Notes: generated by a model not told the origin, from the letters alone. Numbered from the whole stretch's first letter, positions 38,562-51,413 are shown. The stretch is DNA of 57,739 bases, filler included, from Sphacelaria rigidula (GCA_964200075.2; 9 parts of 9 records of this genome joined end to end with filler, not necessarily neighbours in it); one strand, 5' to 3'. Program-made: numbers and translations.

Positions 38562-40084
38562 CGAGGTCAATGGTCTCATGACTGTGGCATGCATGATCAC
38601 GAATACACCCCCCCGCGCCGCCCAGATCGCCTAATATGGCCCATGGTCAAATTTGACTACGGATCTTATGGTTTTCAAGTGGAATAACGCGTTTAGTCTG
38701 AACAGGCAGATGTTGTAAGTGTTTGTATGAAAACTACTGCATGAGGACACCTGATCGTTTTTTCTGGCCACGTCAAGTGTGGGTGCACGTTTCGGTATGA
38801 TCAGTAGGTGGTACTGTTCAGGCTGTCATGGGCGAGTAAGTGGCGCACGCCGGGCATATCGCTACTACTGCTGCGAGATCCCCAAGCAACATACTCTTCG
38901 CCGTAATTCAGCAGACTCGGTACTCTCAAGCCATCGGTAGAGCACCTCCTGCACGTTATGATGTGAAACTACATGTCACATGATCTCAACCGCACTCTAC
39001 GGTACCTCATTGCCGCTGTACCACACAGACGGTCATACTCCATCAAGGATTAAACCCAACAGTGTAGCACTATAGTGCCCTTACTCTCCACCGCACGGTA
39101 TTACTATAACTATTTCCGCACATCAGTCCAATCTCTCGAACTGGTGGTCACAGACGTAGGCTCATCTTTCCGATGCCGTCCCTACAATTTCTTAAAACGA
39201 CATGGTGTTCTCAGCATATTTCCTGAGACTCCAGACTGAAAACGTGAACAAAATCAAACAAAACAATACCAAATAGAAACAAGGGGCGATACGCCAAGAA
39301 AACAGATGAGAAATAGCTTCCCCCGAGTTAATCGGGGTGAATAGAAGAAAAAAAACAAAAACAAAAAATTCAGATCTGCTAAAAAGCATACCGGAAGAAA
39401 TACGTTGGTTCTCCCTCTGCTCAGCGTTTTACAAAAACAGTGTGCAGCTCTTGACAACAGAAGAAGAAGTAGGTAGGTGGCAAAGACTGCAGAGAGCAAA
39501 AAAAAGCATCCTCTTTTGTGTGCCCGTCCATGGTTCATGGTCAAATAGTAAAATACTGCTTCACCTAAAGGTGAGCGGAACTGAGCAGTTTGTCGGGAGC
39601 TGTGTTCGTCATTCCACTGACCAGAACTATAAAAAAGATTACCCCACCTCTCTTCAGGCCTGTTGCCCGACCGAGATTCCTCTTTGGAAGCACACATGGT
39701 GGATCTGGGAGACAGTCGCTGACGACCGAGAAACCAGCATGCCTCACCGTCAAAAACATATGAAACCCCTGGACTGTAAGCCGGTGAAAAAATTTCAAAA
39801 CAATGCTAGCAGTCAAAGGGTTGAGAAACATTTGCTGGCTTGATATCCAAATGTTGATAGCTAATCGCTCGTCAAAAGCGTCCGTTTTCGAATCAAATGT
39901 GGTGAAGACCACCCCATTCTCCCTACGCTGTTCCCATTACACAAAAGGTGATGCTACTATGACGGTTATGATGGGGATGGCGGTCCTTACAGAACACTTC
40001 TCCAAAACACGTCTCATGTCGTATGAACAAGTTAAGACTACCTGTATACAAGGACACAACGTGGATTTCACCTACGAAGAATGC

Positions 40085-40160
40085 TTTTGCTTGCACAGGG
40101 ATTCGAACCCGAGAACCTAGCTCTTGTTCGAACATCGGTTGACTGCTGAGCTAAACAGCC
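40085..40160 (-). mobile_element. tRNA-derived SINE head or tRNA pseudogene
   Basis: Minus strand reads ggctgttTAGCTCAGCAG...gggTTCGAATCCc, resembling Pol III A and B boxes. No intact cloverleaf. Confidence 0.5.
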
Positions 40161-40200
40161 GGCGCTGGCTGTTTAGCTCAGCAGTCAACCGGTGTCTTAA

Positions 40201-40319
40201 CCCTTTTGGAACCCATTGACGATTTTTATTTCCGTGAATCGGCATCATTTTCACATGTAAATGTCTAAAAATGATGCCTATTCACAAAAAACAAAAATCG
40301 TCAATGGGTTCCAAAAGGA
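40201..40319. mobile_element. piggyBac-like hairpin MITE, 119 bp
   Basis: TTAA|cCCTTTTGGAACCCATTGACGATTTTT on the left and AAAAATCGTCAATGGGTTCCAAAAGGa|TCAA on the right. Inner arms (ggcatcatttt/aaaatgatgcc) also pair. Confidence 0.65.
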
Positions 40320-40464
40320 TCAACACAGTCCACCCGGGTGCAGCACGCAACATAGCTGGTCTAGTGAAGTGCAATCCACCATAGAGCATTATACAGTCTG
40401 CGAAGTGTCGTGCATGACATGGTAGGACCTCGACACTGTAAGATGAAAACGCCATATACAGTTA

Positions 40465-40824
40465 GCCGGTCGCCCCGGTGGCTCAGGTGGTAACCTCGTG
40501 ACGGTTGGGTCGTGGGTTCAATTATCGGAGCGATCTGGGTTTTTTTCTCACACCACGTCCAACAGTGGAGAGCGACCATGTCGTGGGTATACAAACTCGA
40601 CTTGACGGCCGACGAGGGAAAAGGACTGCTGAACCCCTCTCGCGATAAAAAATAAAGGCAAGCACCGCAGAAGGAAGGCGGGGTACTGAAAACAAATAAG
40701 AATGAAAAAGCTGCCGTGTTGACCTTCCTCCTGTGTGACCCCGGCTGGTGCGCCCACATATACCGAAAGGTATAGACTGGCGTCCAGAATAGATGGGACG
40801 ACAACACACAACACACAACACACA
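40465..40824 (+). mobile_element. Full-length tRNA-headed SINE, family S1
   Basis: A box TGGCTCAGGTGG (40479-40490), B-box-like GGTTCAATT (40515-40523), body shared with two other contigs, and an (ACAACAC)n tail. Confidence 0.75.
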
Positions 40825-40999
40825 TAGTGCTACTGTAGTGCGTATATCGCGGTCGCGTCAAAGCCTGCAGGATCCACCCCGTGTTAACTGCGTTCGCCGG
40901 GCATGTGTTCCTCTGTGGTTGCTGTACTCAACAAAGTGAGGTACATATTGCTGCTGGTGCCGTATTCTTTCGCAACCACCAATCGTTGGGCACCTGCTC

Positions 41000-43204
41000 C
41001 CGGGTTCGATCGACACTCGACGTGGACAGACATCGATGGAGTTGGCACGGACATAAATTTCGAGTTGTGAATGTGGACGGTCGTACAGTGCCACAGTAGT
41101 ATACCGGGATCACCACATATGACGGCACGGGAAACAAAGGTGTGTTATCGTTGGACGATACCGCACAATGGAAGGCATTTTGGGTCAAGAGCAGTGTCCT
41201 TCAACCCCGCATACACCCACCCACCCCTACATCTTCTTCGAGAAACGCAGATGTGGAAGATGCCCAAGGCTCGCAGTTGGGACGCAGACACCGGGGTGCT
41301 CCTGAGACGCCGCCCGGGGCAGTCCGAACGCGAGATATGGCGCCGTAATCGATCCCGAGGTAACCGCGCCGGAGCACTCCTGTTGCATTGACCGTTCGAA
41401 GTAGAACAGCTGCACACTGCACGTATCTGGCACCACTCGTCTTGTTTCCGATGAAGAAGTGTGTTTTGGGAGGGAATTGACCGGACGTACACCTGCTTAT
41501 ATCATGGGCCGACATGAACACCCCGCTCCCACGCTCGCAAAAGAATTAACACCAGAAGACTGACTCTTTGTGCCCATACACCCTTGCGCCTTCTCCTCCG
41601 GGCAGGTGGCCACGTGCCTGCGCCACTCCGGCCGCTACCCCGTCCGGGACATGCCACATCCGCTGTTGAAAGCACACCTCGACTCACATATTCCGAGCTT
41701 GAGGTATCGGCGAATAATCTGAGGGATATTGCCGGGGGCCACACCGACGAAGGCGGTGCTGTGCGGAAGGAGTTAAGTCCCCCATGGTACACTAAAGACC
41801 CGGCGACTGCATTGTTTAGTGCCTCGGAGGCATCGATGGATTCAGCTGATGAAGTAGATGTGGGAAAACGCGGCTGCGCGGGGGGGACGCAACTACCGTG
41901 GGAGTGCAGAGCGTATCAAGCTTAGACGTCTACCGGGCGGGGAAGGCGCGACTGGTGAACTTGCACTGGTGAATCGGGTGTACAGGGCGATCGTGGAGCT
42001 GAGGGGCGGCAGCGAACGTGCTTGGCCGCCTGACGAGCAGTATGCTTGGCTGACGCCAACTGTGAAAGTGGCCCTGTTTGCTGTCACCTACCTGTTGGCT
42101 GGCTGTGACTTCCTGCCGCGTGTGTCCGGGGTTCCCTTCCTGAAGATATGGGAGTTCGTGCTGAAGGCCGTGCGATCTCCGAACCTTTTCACAAGACCAA
42201 CAGTGGAGACAGAAGACGACACCCCGGACGTGGATATCGACGAGGGCGTAAAGCTGCTCGCGACGGTATTTTTTTCCAAGTACGAAAACGCCTCTGAGCA
42301 CGTCGCCGCCGCCCCGGGCCTCCTCTTCACCACGTGTGGACGGGACTTGGATTCATTCGTGAACAAGATCCGCCTCTGTATCACCACAGCACATGGGCAC
42401 ATGCCTTCCCGCTGCTGCCCAGACTTGGACGCCTGTAGGAAGCACGTGCAGAAGTCTGATGCAGTGTTCTAGTACTGGCGAGGGGCCTTTGGGGTTGAAA
42501 TGCCCGCAGTGAACTTCAACGGATCGGGATGGGGTGTGGAGCCGGAAAAAAAAACTCACAACAAGGGTGGGGTGGAGGCGGCGAGCAGAGGGGAGGTAAA
42601 GCTGACGCGGCAAAATATAGTTGTGTACCTGTCAAGCCACACGTACGTCGATACATCTGGGAAGGTGAAAACCCCCAGATGTGCATGCAACCCGGAGAAG
42701 ACGGGGAACAGGGGTCACCGACGCCAAAATGCAAGGGTTTGGGGAACTGCACCCTGAGCCTGAGTGGGGAACTGAACCCTGAGCTGCAACTGCCAGGGCC
42801 GCTGCTTCTTGCCCCCGATTCTTTCCTCACCGACCGGCGCGACTCCCATGGCTGATCTGGCCGGAGTAAATGTCGGAGCGCGCCGCCGACCTCGTGAGGG
42901 AAAGGGCGGATCCACGGCGAAGCACCGCAAGGGTGTATCCACTGCATGCCGTAGAAGGGGCGAGGCGAATGAATCGACGAATATTTCGGGGCCCGCGGTG
43001 AATACGAGTTCTGGTGGGGAGTCGTGTCGGCGTCATGGCGGGAGGTTGAGGGGAGAGAGATTTGATGCGGGAGCAGCTACCGCCGGTCGCCATTGTTGCG
43101 ATGACGAGCCAGACAGACCGACAGAGGGCGGGTGCAAGCTATCAGCCAGGATCTGGACTGGAGAGTCAGACTCAGAGTTCAGCGGGTCTGAGACGGAGGA
43201 CTAG
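41000..43204 (+). pseudogene. Degenerate XPG/FEN1-like nuclease with a Cys-rich C-terminus, resembling the C-terminal half of Academ transposon proteins
   Basis: Ordered motifs VLGGN*PDVHLL, YLLAGCDFLPRVSG, CPDLDACRKHV...YW...P...GWG, a CxC...C...C cluster and an acidic tail ending at TAG 43202-43204. Stops and frameshifts are present. Confidence 0.55.
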
Positions 43205-43917
43205 GCACCGGAAGCGGATTACGGCTATGATGATTTCGCGTTTTGATTTGAGTCGGGTGGGAAATTTCGAGGCATATTTTTTGTAGGTGCGTTGCACACC
43301 TAGATCTGTAATAGTGGATACTCTGTTGGGTGATTTGGAGGCATGTTCTCTGCACATGCGTTGCACGCGTAGATCTGTATTAGTGGATGTTGTCTGCTCC
43401 ATTTGGCTGCCATATATCGTTCCTGGTGTACATAGTGAAGATGTTCAGCGCATGATGCAACGCGCCCTTGGGTGCACAGGTGTACGGCGAGAAGTGTGGC
43501 GACGCCCTCGGCCGAATCACCGATTTTGCGGCACTGTATATGTTCATATGAATGACGCAAGTGTGTCGCCGCCGAAGATGAGTCGGCAGCAAACGCCGAT
43601 ATTGAAGTTGATATTTTGGAATACTGTGGAGCACGTGGATAACCTCTGCACGTTGGTTGGTTCCGATGGCATTCTCATGAGCCTGCGACCTGCTAAGAAC
43701 CGGTGACATGGGTCACATGCTCACCATTGGAAGAATTACATGGGATGTCTGTTCATCCCTCTATCCTGCACACACCACCTCCTAAACTCCCCCCCCCTGC
43801 ACCGATTCGGGCCGTCGGTGTAACTACCTGCCCCCCCCTGACAAGCACCCAACCCCTGACCGCTGTGTCGCCCTTTTGATTCCGGAATGTTACGGCCTCG
43901 CCGTCAGTCTACCAAAA

Positions 43918-44295
43918 AAATTGAGGATGGAGCTTTCCATTGACGATTAAAAAACAGAAAACAATAATATTCGTATATACACTCATCTCTTCGTAGCATT
44001 CCTCTATACGCTGGGAGCTAACCTTATTTACCCCCACGCCATTCATATGTGGGTCCCGGCAACCGGATATTTGGGGCCCTACGTGAAATAAAAATTCCAG
44101 AGAAGATAAACGGATTCACCGAAATTTCCCACGAATGATTTTCACGTAGAGCCCAAGATTTGCATGGCTTGATTCAGTTATCGGTAGCTACCTGAGGTGA
44201 AGGACCCTAACCATAGTTCGAAGATTTTTTGTGGTTGAGATGGTTTTATTTCTTTTTTGTTATCATCATCAATGGAATGCTCCATCCTCAATCTT
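43918..44295. mobile_element. Fold-back MITE, family F1, diverged copy
   Basis: attgaggatggagctttccattga pairs with tcaatggaatgctccatcctcaat. Termini match those of 31042-31464. Confidence 0.7.
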
Positions 44296-44887
44296 GATTA
44301 TCAGCGGTTCTGACGACACGATAAGTACATAATAACGAGTATGTGCGTGCGCGTTGTAACTTGCACAGCGATCTCGTCAACACGCTCAGATCGCCAGTAA
44401 GCGTTAACGAAACGCACATGTCTGTGATGTCTTTTATACAGACGGGCAATGTTGATGGTTAAATGTATGACTGCGGGAGAATATCCCAAACACTTGAAAC
44501 GAACTGAACGCGGCGCAATTACCGCCGGCTCATTCTGGATATCATCTGTGATGGGATGCCATTTTTCGCCGCATCTCACATGCAATAAAACCCCCCACTG
44601 AGATGGCAATATCACGATATACACCGCAGCTCCAGACACAAATCAAGTTGCTCTGTATAGCCAAGACGCATATTTACCAGCTCTTCAGAGTCTGGTGGCG
44701 CAGACCCTTGCCGCAAAATAAAATGTTGAAGTGAAGAGAAGAACGTATTCTTCATATCCTGCACTATCCTGAAAGTAAGTTGAAACACTCTTGGTCTTCA
44801 ACGACGGCTAGTGGCTCATTATACCCCCCCCTAGAGTTTCTCATTATACCCCCCCTAGAGTTTCAGCTTCGTTGCAATCGTTAGTAC

Positions 44888-44987
44888 NNNNNNNNNNNNN
44901 NNNNNNNNNNNNNNNNNNNNNNNNNNNNNNNTTAATTAATTAANNNNNNNNNNNNNNNNNNNNNNNNNNNNNNNNNNNNNNNNNNNN
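44888..44987. other. Artificial contig linker
   Basis: N44-TTAATTAATTAA-N44. Confidence 0.98.
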
Positions 44988-45730
44988 ACTCATTTGTTGC
45001 TTGCCTTAGTCGTTTGACCATTGACCACGCATCCCTTTCGAGACGGAGCAGGGGGAGGAGGGGGGGGGCAGGGGAAAATAAACAGGATAGACTAACATGG
45101 ACGCCAGGCTGCAACGTGATAACGCTTTAGAGGAAAAAGAGAACACCAGGTCCTCCCCAGGGTTTTCGCAAGGACACCGTACAAGAAGCTAGGTCGCGCG
45201 CGAAAGCACGTTGCAACTGAGCTACCTGGAAATGGACTGCATTATTAGGCGCGAGGAATTTCTGAACCACCGACTTCGCCGAGATAAGGCACACACAAAA
45301 ACAAAAAAATGCGGCAGATGCGAAAAAACAAAACGCCATCATCCTCGACAGCGAACAAACCTTCGTCTGTAGGAAGTGTTCCCCGCCGTTATTTCCCACG
45401 ACCCCGGAATCCCCTCCCCGCACCCTCCCTTCCTCCCTCCCGTGTCCGCTCGTCAGCTCGGAGCTGCTGCCAGGACCTATTGGGCATCGCCAAGGATTGT
45501 ATCCGAATCTAGGGATCGGGTGCCCTTGAAGGTCGTCCAGACGCTTCCTCCGCGCCGCGGCTCTCTTACAGGAAGCCGTCTGGGCGATCCGAAGACAATT
45601 TACAGAGATGCGACGGCAGAGGGACTGTGAGCGGGGCTGTGTAGCTCAAGAAACGGTCACCTTGGCTCCATTTTTCCTCGTTCCCCGCGTACATTTCCAG
45701 TCTCTGCTTAGCGTCATTCGTGGCTTCATA

Positions 45731-46440
45731 CGAGCTGGGCCAGTCTTGTAGAAGGATTTGGTAGGTTGCAGGCCCGTTCTCACCTCAATTTTGAGAGTTG
45801 GACTTTCAAAATTTGGTATGGGGAGTTGCTTGGGCACAATAGAAACATACTTTGAGAAAATATATTTGTTTGATGTTTCATGAGTCGAGGGCAACAATGA
45901 TGAACCAGATTTCAGTAAAAAGTCCGCAAGTCATGCAAAAACAACAAAGAAAAAGTCCCGAAAGCTGTGCTTATATTATGCCCCAGCGATTCTCCGTACG
46001 AAATTGCATAGCACAACTCTCGAATACCGACAGGCGAAATCCAGATTTAGTGCATTCAATGCCTGTGCTCGTAATATACTTTACTATGGAACCTTATGTG
46101 CACCATAACTCTAAATACATCATGAATTAGGTTAAGATGAGGATATCGATCGTTTTCCCGTGCTCCAGGGGATGTTCACGCCAAAAAAACTCGTCATCAT
46201 CCGCGCGATGTATCGCTGGGGGTTTCATACCGATAGTACGGGCGCTATCTCTCTACCGTATAGGAATTACTCGACATGGCATTTCATCAACAAGATATGG
46301 GTGGCCCAAGCGTTTCAGTAGGTGAGCATTTTCCCCTTGATTAGACGGCTAATAAGCTATGCAGATCGCGGCCCTATTCGTCTGTATCAATGAGATATGG
46401 CTGTGAGAGCTTGAATCCTTTCTTAGCCTGGCCCAGCTTG
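45731..46440. mobile_element. Shorter (710 bp) diverged member of mariner-type family M1
   Basis: TA|cgagctgggccag on the left and ctggcccagcttg|TG on the right. 46060-46440 aligns with 26935-27320. Confidence 0.75.
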
Positions 46441-47248
46441 TGGGGCGAACTCGTGGAACATTCCGGGGTTAGGTACTGTGCGTAGCCGTGACTTATCGCA
46501 GCTCACGGATTGATGAAGCACTTGGGTTTTCAGCGAGGGGACTTATTTTGTGCCGCGGCCAAACACCCCGTTTTGCGTCCGGTTCGCGTTGCCGCACGCG
46601 AAGATCGGCAGCTAATTACGAACCAAACTCCCACCCCCCACCCCCCGTCTCGTGGCTGTCTCTGGAAGTGGCTATACCACAGAAAAAAGCAACGTATTGT
46701 TGGCTGTCATCCAAATGAAAGATAATCAGTAGGCTTCGGGCCGAACAATGTTAGCAGGATGCAGCTCCTCCTTCATGCGACTCACCGAACGCACCACGGC
46801 GCTTCGCCCTTTGTGGTTTGAGTGCAGGCCTGGTCTGGCGAAAACCCGGCGTGCTCCGTCCCGGCATTGTAGCGATGCGAGGTCAATGGCCTTATGACTA
46901 TGGCATGCATGATTATGAGTACACACCCCCGTCTCCCTCTGTCTGTCTATCTGTCTGTCTCTGTCTGTATGCCAATATCTGTAGACTCCTGTATTCCTGC
47001 CTATATGTTTGCGTGTCTATCTCTCGTCGTCACTCGCTCTGTCTTCAAGCCTCATTCAAGCATGACTCCAAATCCATACGCATACGAAGCCCCAAGTATA
47101 CATAATATGCGCATTACAACCATATCATTGGTTGTATTCCCTTATTTTATTAGAAGCCTACGTCGGTGGGAGGTTGAAAAACATGTTTGGGAGTCGTACA
47201 GCCATATCTTAAATCCGAAACCTTCGCCGTGAAAAAAACGTCCGGTGA

Positions 47249-48771
47249 GTGAGAGATGATAAACTTTCTCATGAATCCATTCCTCAAGGCACTGAAAGTG
47301 GAACAAAGGCATCACAAGATGCCATTTTCCAGCTGAGCATTTTTCTGTGGTACAGCGTGTACATAGAAAAAATCATGAAAGCAACCTTGTTGGCTCTAGT
47401 TTTACAATGGTTTTCGTACACGAAACACGTGGGGTATCAACTGAATATTATAAATCAAATTCGGGATGTTTCAGTGTTCCTGCATATCGAATGGCAGTAC
47501 GACTACCGGAAGCAGGCGAAAGCTCCTCAAAACGAACCTCGCTCCGACCGGGAGCTGCTCGTTATGGTGTTTGTGCTTTCCGGTATTTGTTTTCATGTCG
47601 GCGATTTGCTTGACCCCCAAGTGATGGGTTCTTACACCGCAATCACTCAGGATAAGCTTCAATGGATAACGCCAACAGGCGTCACGTGGGAAGTGTTCAA
47701 ATGCCTTCATCTGTATCTCGAAGCTGAGTATACTTTAAAGACGGAGGGTAACACCGAACAGCTACAGTAGCGGGCGATCTAACTATTCATTTTGTGGCAT
47801 TTTGTGATTTTCTCGTCATTGGCGATTTTCTCGGGCTCTTTTCGCTTGCCACCGGTTATCATATTGGGGATGTGAAGATATTTGTATCCACTTCACATTA
47901 CAAGAAAAAAAATTATTTGCATTCAATATTGAGTGACCTACGGGCTGACCGGTCATCGGAGGTCCTACCACGTTTCAGCCCAGATTTTTACTCTTCGTTA
48001 TTTTCGGTCGATCGAGCCTGTCCCGATCATATTTGTGAAGAAATGTACGGTTTTATTGTTTTGGAATTCTACCTACACATTGCACTAGAGCCGAAAAGCT
48101 ATGTTTCACGATCAATAACACCCTCCTGATAAACGTGGTCGTCACTCGTATCGCCCGATAACACCAACTAACACTGACGTGGGTGCTGTATTGCGAAGAT
48201 GATTTGTTCATTGTACCAAAATCTACCGATGCTAGCAATTTCGAGTTCTATCGAAGAGCAGTACGCGAGGAAAACCCCGAAACACTCCTGAATAGTTAGA
48301 CCGCCCACTATTGCGTCTCTTTTTCGGACAAACACTCACGAGCCAAGCGTTCAGGTGCTACGACGGCCGAGAGTAGCGAAGATCGTGCTTCCCACCCGAC
48401 ATACACCGTCTCCACACACCATTATTTCGCGACCGTGAACATTTTTGTTTCCAGGAAAGTGAACTAACCTCTGCCCTATCCAGGTCCATCCCTCGCTCTG
48501 CATAGACGTCGGTAAAGGGGTTGGAGGGCGAGTCGACGTTGAGAGCTCCCTCGGGATACCGCTTCCTCATAATGTAGTGAAGCCTGCGCACGATGCCGAC
48601 ACGTTTATTCGCATGCTAGCGCCGTTGTACCGAGGACGACTAGCAGATGCTCGAAGATGTAGGGAAGCAAAGCTACTCCGCGGATCGCTGATCGTGAGTA
48701 TCAAGCACGACCTTGACCACACCATATACGTACAAAGACAACATCGCAAGACGTACAGGCGCTGCCGATAG
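47249..48771 (+). pseudogene. Degenerate ORF remnant, possibly an Academ-type transposase core
   Basis: Successive protein-like fragments with GYHIGD...F....KKKNY...LFS...DHICEE. The spacing resembles the R.GD / F...H.NY / FS...D...E pattern of Academ transposases (motif recall only). Confidence 0.35.
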
Positions 48772-50325
48772 AAGCATACTCGGAACTTAACTTGTCCTGA
48801 TGTACGAGCCAGCCCTTAATTTTTCGCAGTACATTTATGTATTGGTTTGACATATATGCTGACAGTACTGCGTGGCCCCCCGAAGCGAGCGTGGGTGGCG
48901 AACAGGCGTGACATTTAGAGCGGCAAATATCTATCCCGTCGCCTTGCACTGGACGGAAACTTGTCCTGCCCCTCTGGAGGTCGGCTCAGGGGTCTCTTGG
49001 ACACGAGCACAGCTCCAAGTGTTTTCGACCCGCATCGTCGCCGTGCGAATGTATTGTGTTTTATTGTAGGAAGAGGCATGATACTACTATATGTACCACA
49101 ACGTAGAAACTTCGCACACCATACCTGAAACTATGCCGTTATAACTGATCAAAATAGACCACACAACTCAAACAATGCGGGATGTTGACCGATCTTGACA
49201 CGACAGTATCCGCATCAATGATGCTACTACCGCTGATACGAAAACTCTCCAACACAAGCTGCCGGTGGGAAGGAGTACATAAGTCACTATTCAGGAAGAC
49301 TTGACTTCACGAACGAACGAGAGGATGATGACTCGGATGTGAACTCGCCGCGCTCCACGGGCTCATCGCTAGCGTTTTCCGGTATTCTTTGTACTAAAAT
49401 GGTGTGTCTATGTGCGTTCTTCGATCCGTTGCACGGTAAGAATACCCCATGTCTCTTTGTTGTACGAGGAGAAAATACCTGTCGCAGGACACCTGCGAGA
49501 TCTCTCCGTGGGTTGTCTCAGGCGGTGGGTAAAATGTGTTCTTTTTTCATCATGCTTATGTCGGAATCAATGCAAAAACATATTGCAAACAGTTAATGCC
49601 TAGCTCGAGTAACATTGCAAGTCAACTTCCAAGCATCATCCTATAGGTCGTGTAGTTACTTCTATCAGCGGCTTGTGGTAAAGAGTGCATCTTTATTCTA
49701 TATATATGTATATTCAACCAGTCAGAACTGATAGACAGCGGCATTCGTAATGCGCGGTTATGTTATTCATAGCCCCGGTCCGCTATCGTGGGACCTTATT
49801 TTGGGTCCACGCCGGCTATAGGATGTATTCCGTCATGGGAGGATGCTGGACGACAGCTACACTGTTTTTATCGCGCTCAAAAAGATTGTGTGTGTTTGTG
49901 CACCTCGATTCAGCCTCATTCCCACAAGCCAATGTTTTTCGTCCCCCTTGACAGAAAAAACGCTTCGATTTCTTGCAATTCATCTATTCCCAATGACAGA
50001 CCAGGTCTGTAGAAACGTTTACGAGTAGTATTGTCCAACGAAAGTGCGAGCAGTCACATACATACCCGTAGTTGCAAACACGATCATATGATTGTGATGG
50101 CTAGCCGCGACAATACCGCATGCAGAGTGTAGACGGCAGCGTCCGTTTCATCACTACGCGCGTCCCTCCCCGACCAATACCCCTCTCGTCGTGGCCGACG
50201 ACTGTCGTCGAAGAGAACCTTGATGATTCTGTTGGCGTCTCGATAGTGACCCTGGATGTGTTGGAAAGTAATCGTACTCGTGGCCGCTCGCCATAACAAA
50301 CAGCGCCTGCACACACACAAGCACA

Positions 50326-50328
<3 letters not shown>

Positions 50329-50396
<68 letters not shown>
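50329..50396. repeat. (AC)34 microsatellite
   Basis: Perfect dinucleotide run. Confidence 0.95.
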
Positions 50397-50398
<2 letters not shown>

Positions 50399-50519
50399 GG
50401 TCTTCTGATGCCGTGCCTTCCGAGCCATCTTCATGGCACTCTGCATCTTCGTCTCGTAGTCGTTCATCTGTCGCCTTTCGTCCGGGGACAAGAGCGCACC
50501 GTCCCCTTGGGGGCCGGCC
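50397..50519 (-). CDS. Probable internal coding exon of an unidentified gene (123 nt, phase 2-2)
   Basis: ttagcag acceptor, open frame AGPQGDGALLSPDERRQMNDYETKMQSAMKMARKARHQKT, and CAG|gtgtgt donor. Confidence 0.55.
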
Positions 50520-51313
50520 CTGCTAACGCACCCACGTACAGCAAGTACACCGCAAAAGACGAAAAAAAGCATGTCAAGATAGCAAAAAAATATATATATG
50601 TTTGGCGACAGCATACTGTTCCTGCATGGTCGTAGTGAAAACCTTGTGTCAAGACGGTGTTTTTTGTCATCCGTTCATTTTCATGTCGTGTCAGTGTTCA
50701 TGTTTGTGCATCGCTCCTCCTGTGGAGGTCATGGGAGAGAGACCCTGCCCCGATCGTGTGGTCTCACAAATAGCTGAGTCGTATCTCGCCTCCACGGCCT
50801 CTTCCGTTCTGTTTTGTCTTGTCCTCTCCTAGAACAATCTCCTTATATCTTCAGCAATGTGGCCGAGGCCTGTCATTTTCTGTAACGACCCTTTCCGTTC
50901 CTTTCATTTCCTTCCTTTTTCCTGTCGTTTATGTCCCTGTCGTTCCGTTTCGTTTACTTTTTTTCCCGCGTCTTCCTTCGTAGGCTTTTCCTCTCGTTTT
51001 CCCGTTTGAGTATTTCTACAATAGCTACCCCCCCCCCCCAAAAAAGCAGCCTCGAACTGTCACAAAGAGAATGGCCATACAGCGCCTGATGTTTGGTTTC
51101 AGGGTGAAGCGCCTTATATGGGCGACATTGGCGAAAACGGACCCAAGGTTGGGAATTCCCAGCTGGTCGTGGTGCTCGGCTTATTTCATTTCATTTCAAT
51201 TCACGTGTAGATTTTTCCTCCCCACACCGGCCACTTTTTTCGGGGGGGGGCGGGGGTGTACTCGTTTGTTGCTTGCCTTAGTCGTGTGACCATTGACCAC
51301 GCATCCCTTCTCA

Positions 51314-51413
51314 NNNNNNNNNNNNNNNNNNNNNNNNNNNNNNNNNNNNNNNNNNNNTTAATTAATTAANNNNNNNNNNNNNNNNNNNNNNNNNNNNNNN
51401 NNNNNNNNNNNNN
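51314..51413. other. Artificial contig linker
   Basis: N44-TTAATTAATTAA-N44. Confidence 0.98.

Noticed and set aside
50084..50614. 176-aa ORF with poly(CV)
   Set aside because: The CV run is the (AC)34 microsatellite. Only 50397-50519 looks like an exon.
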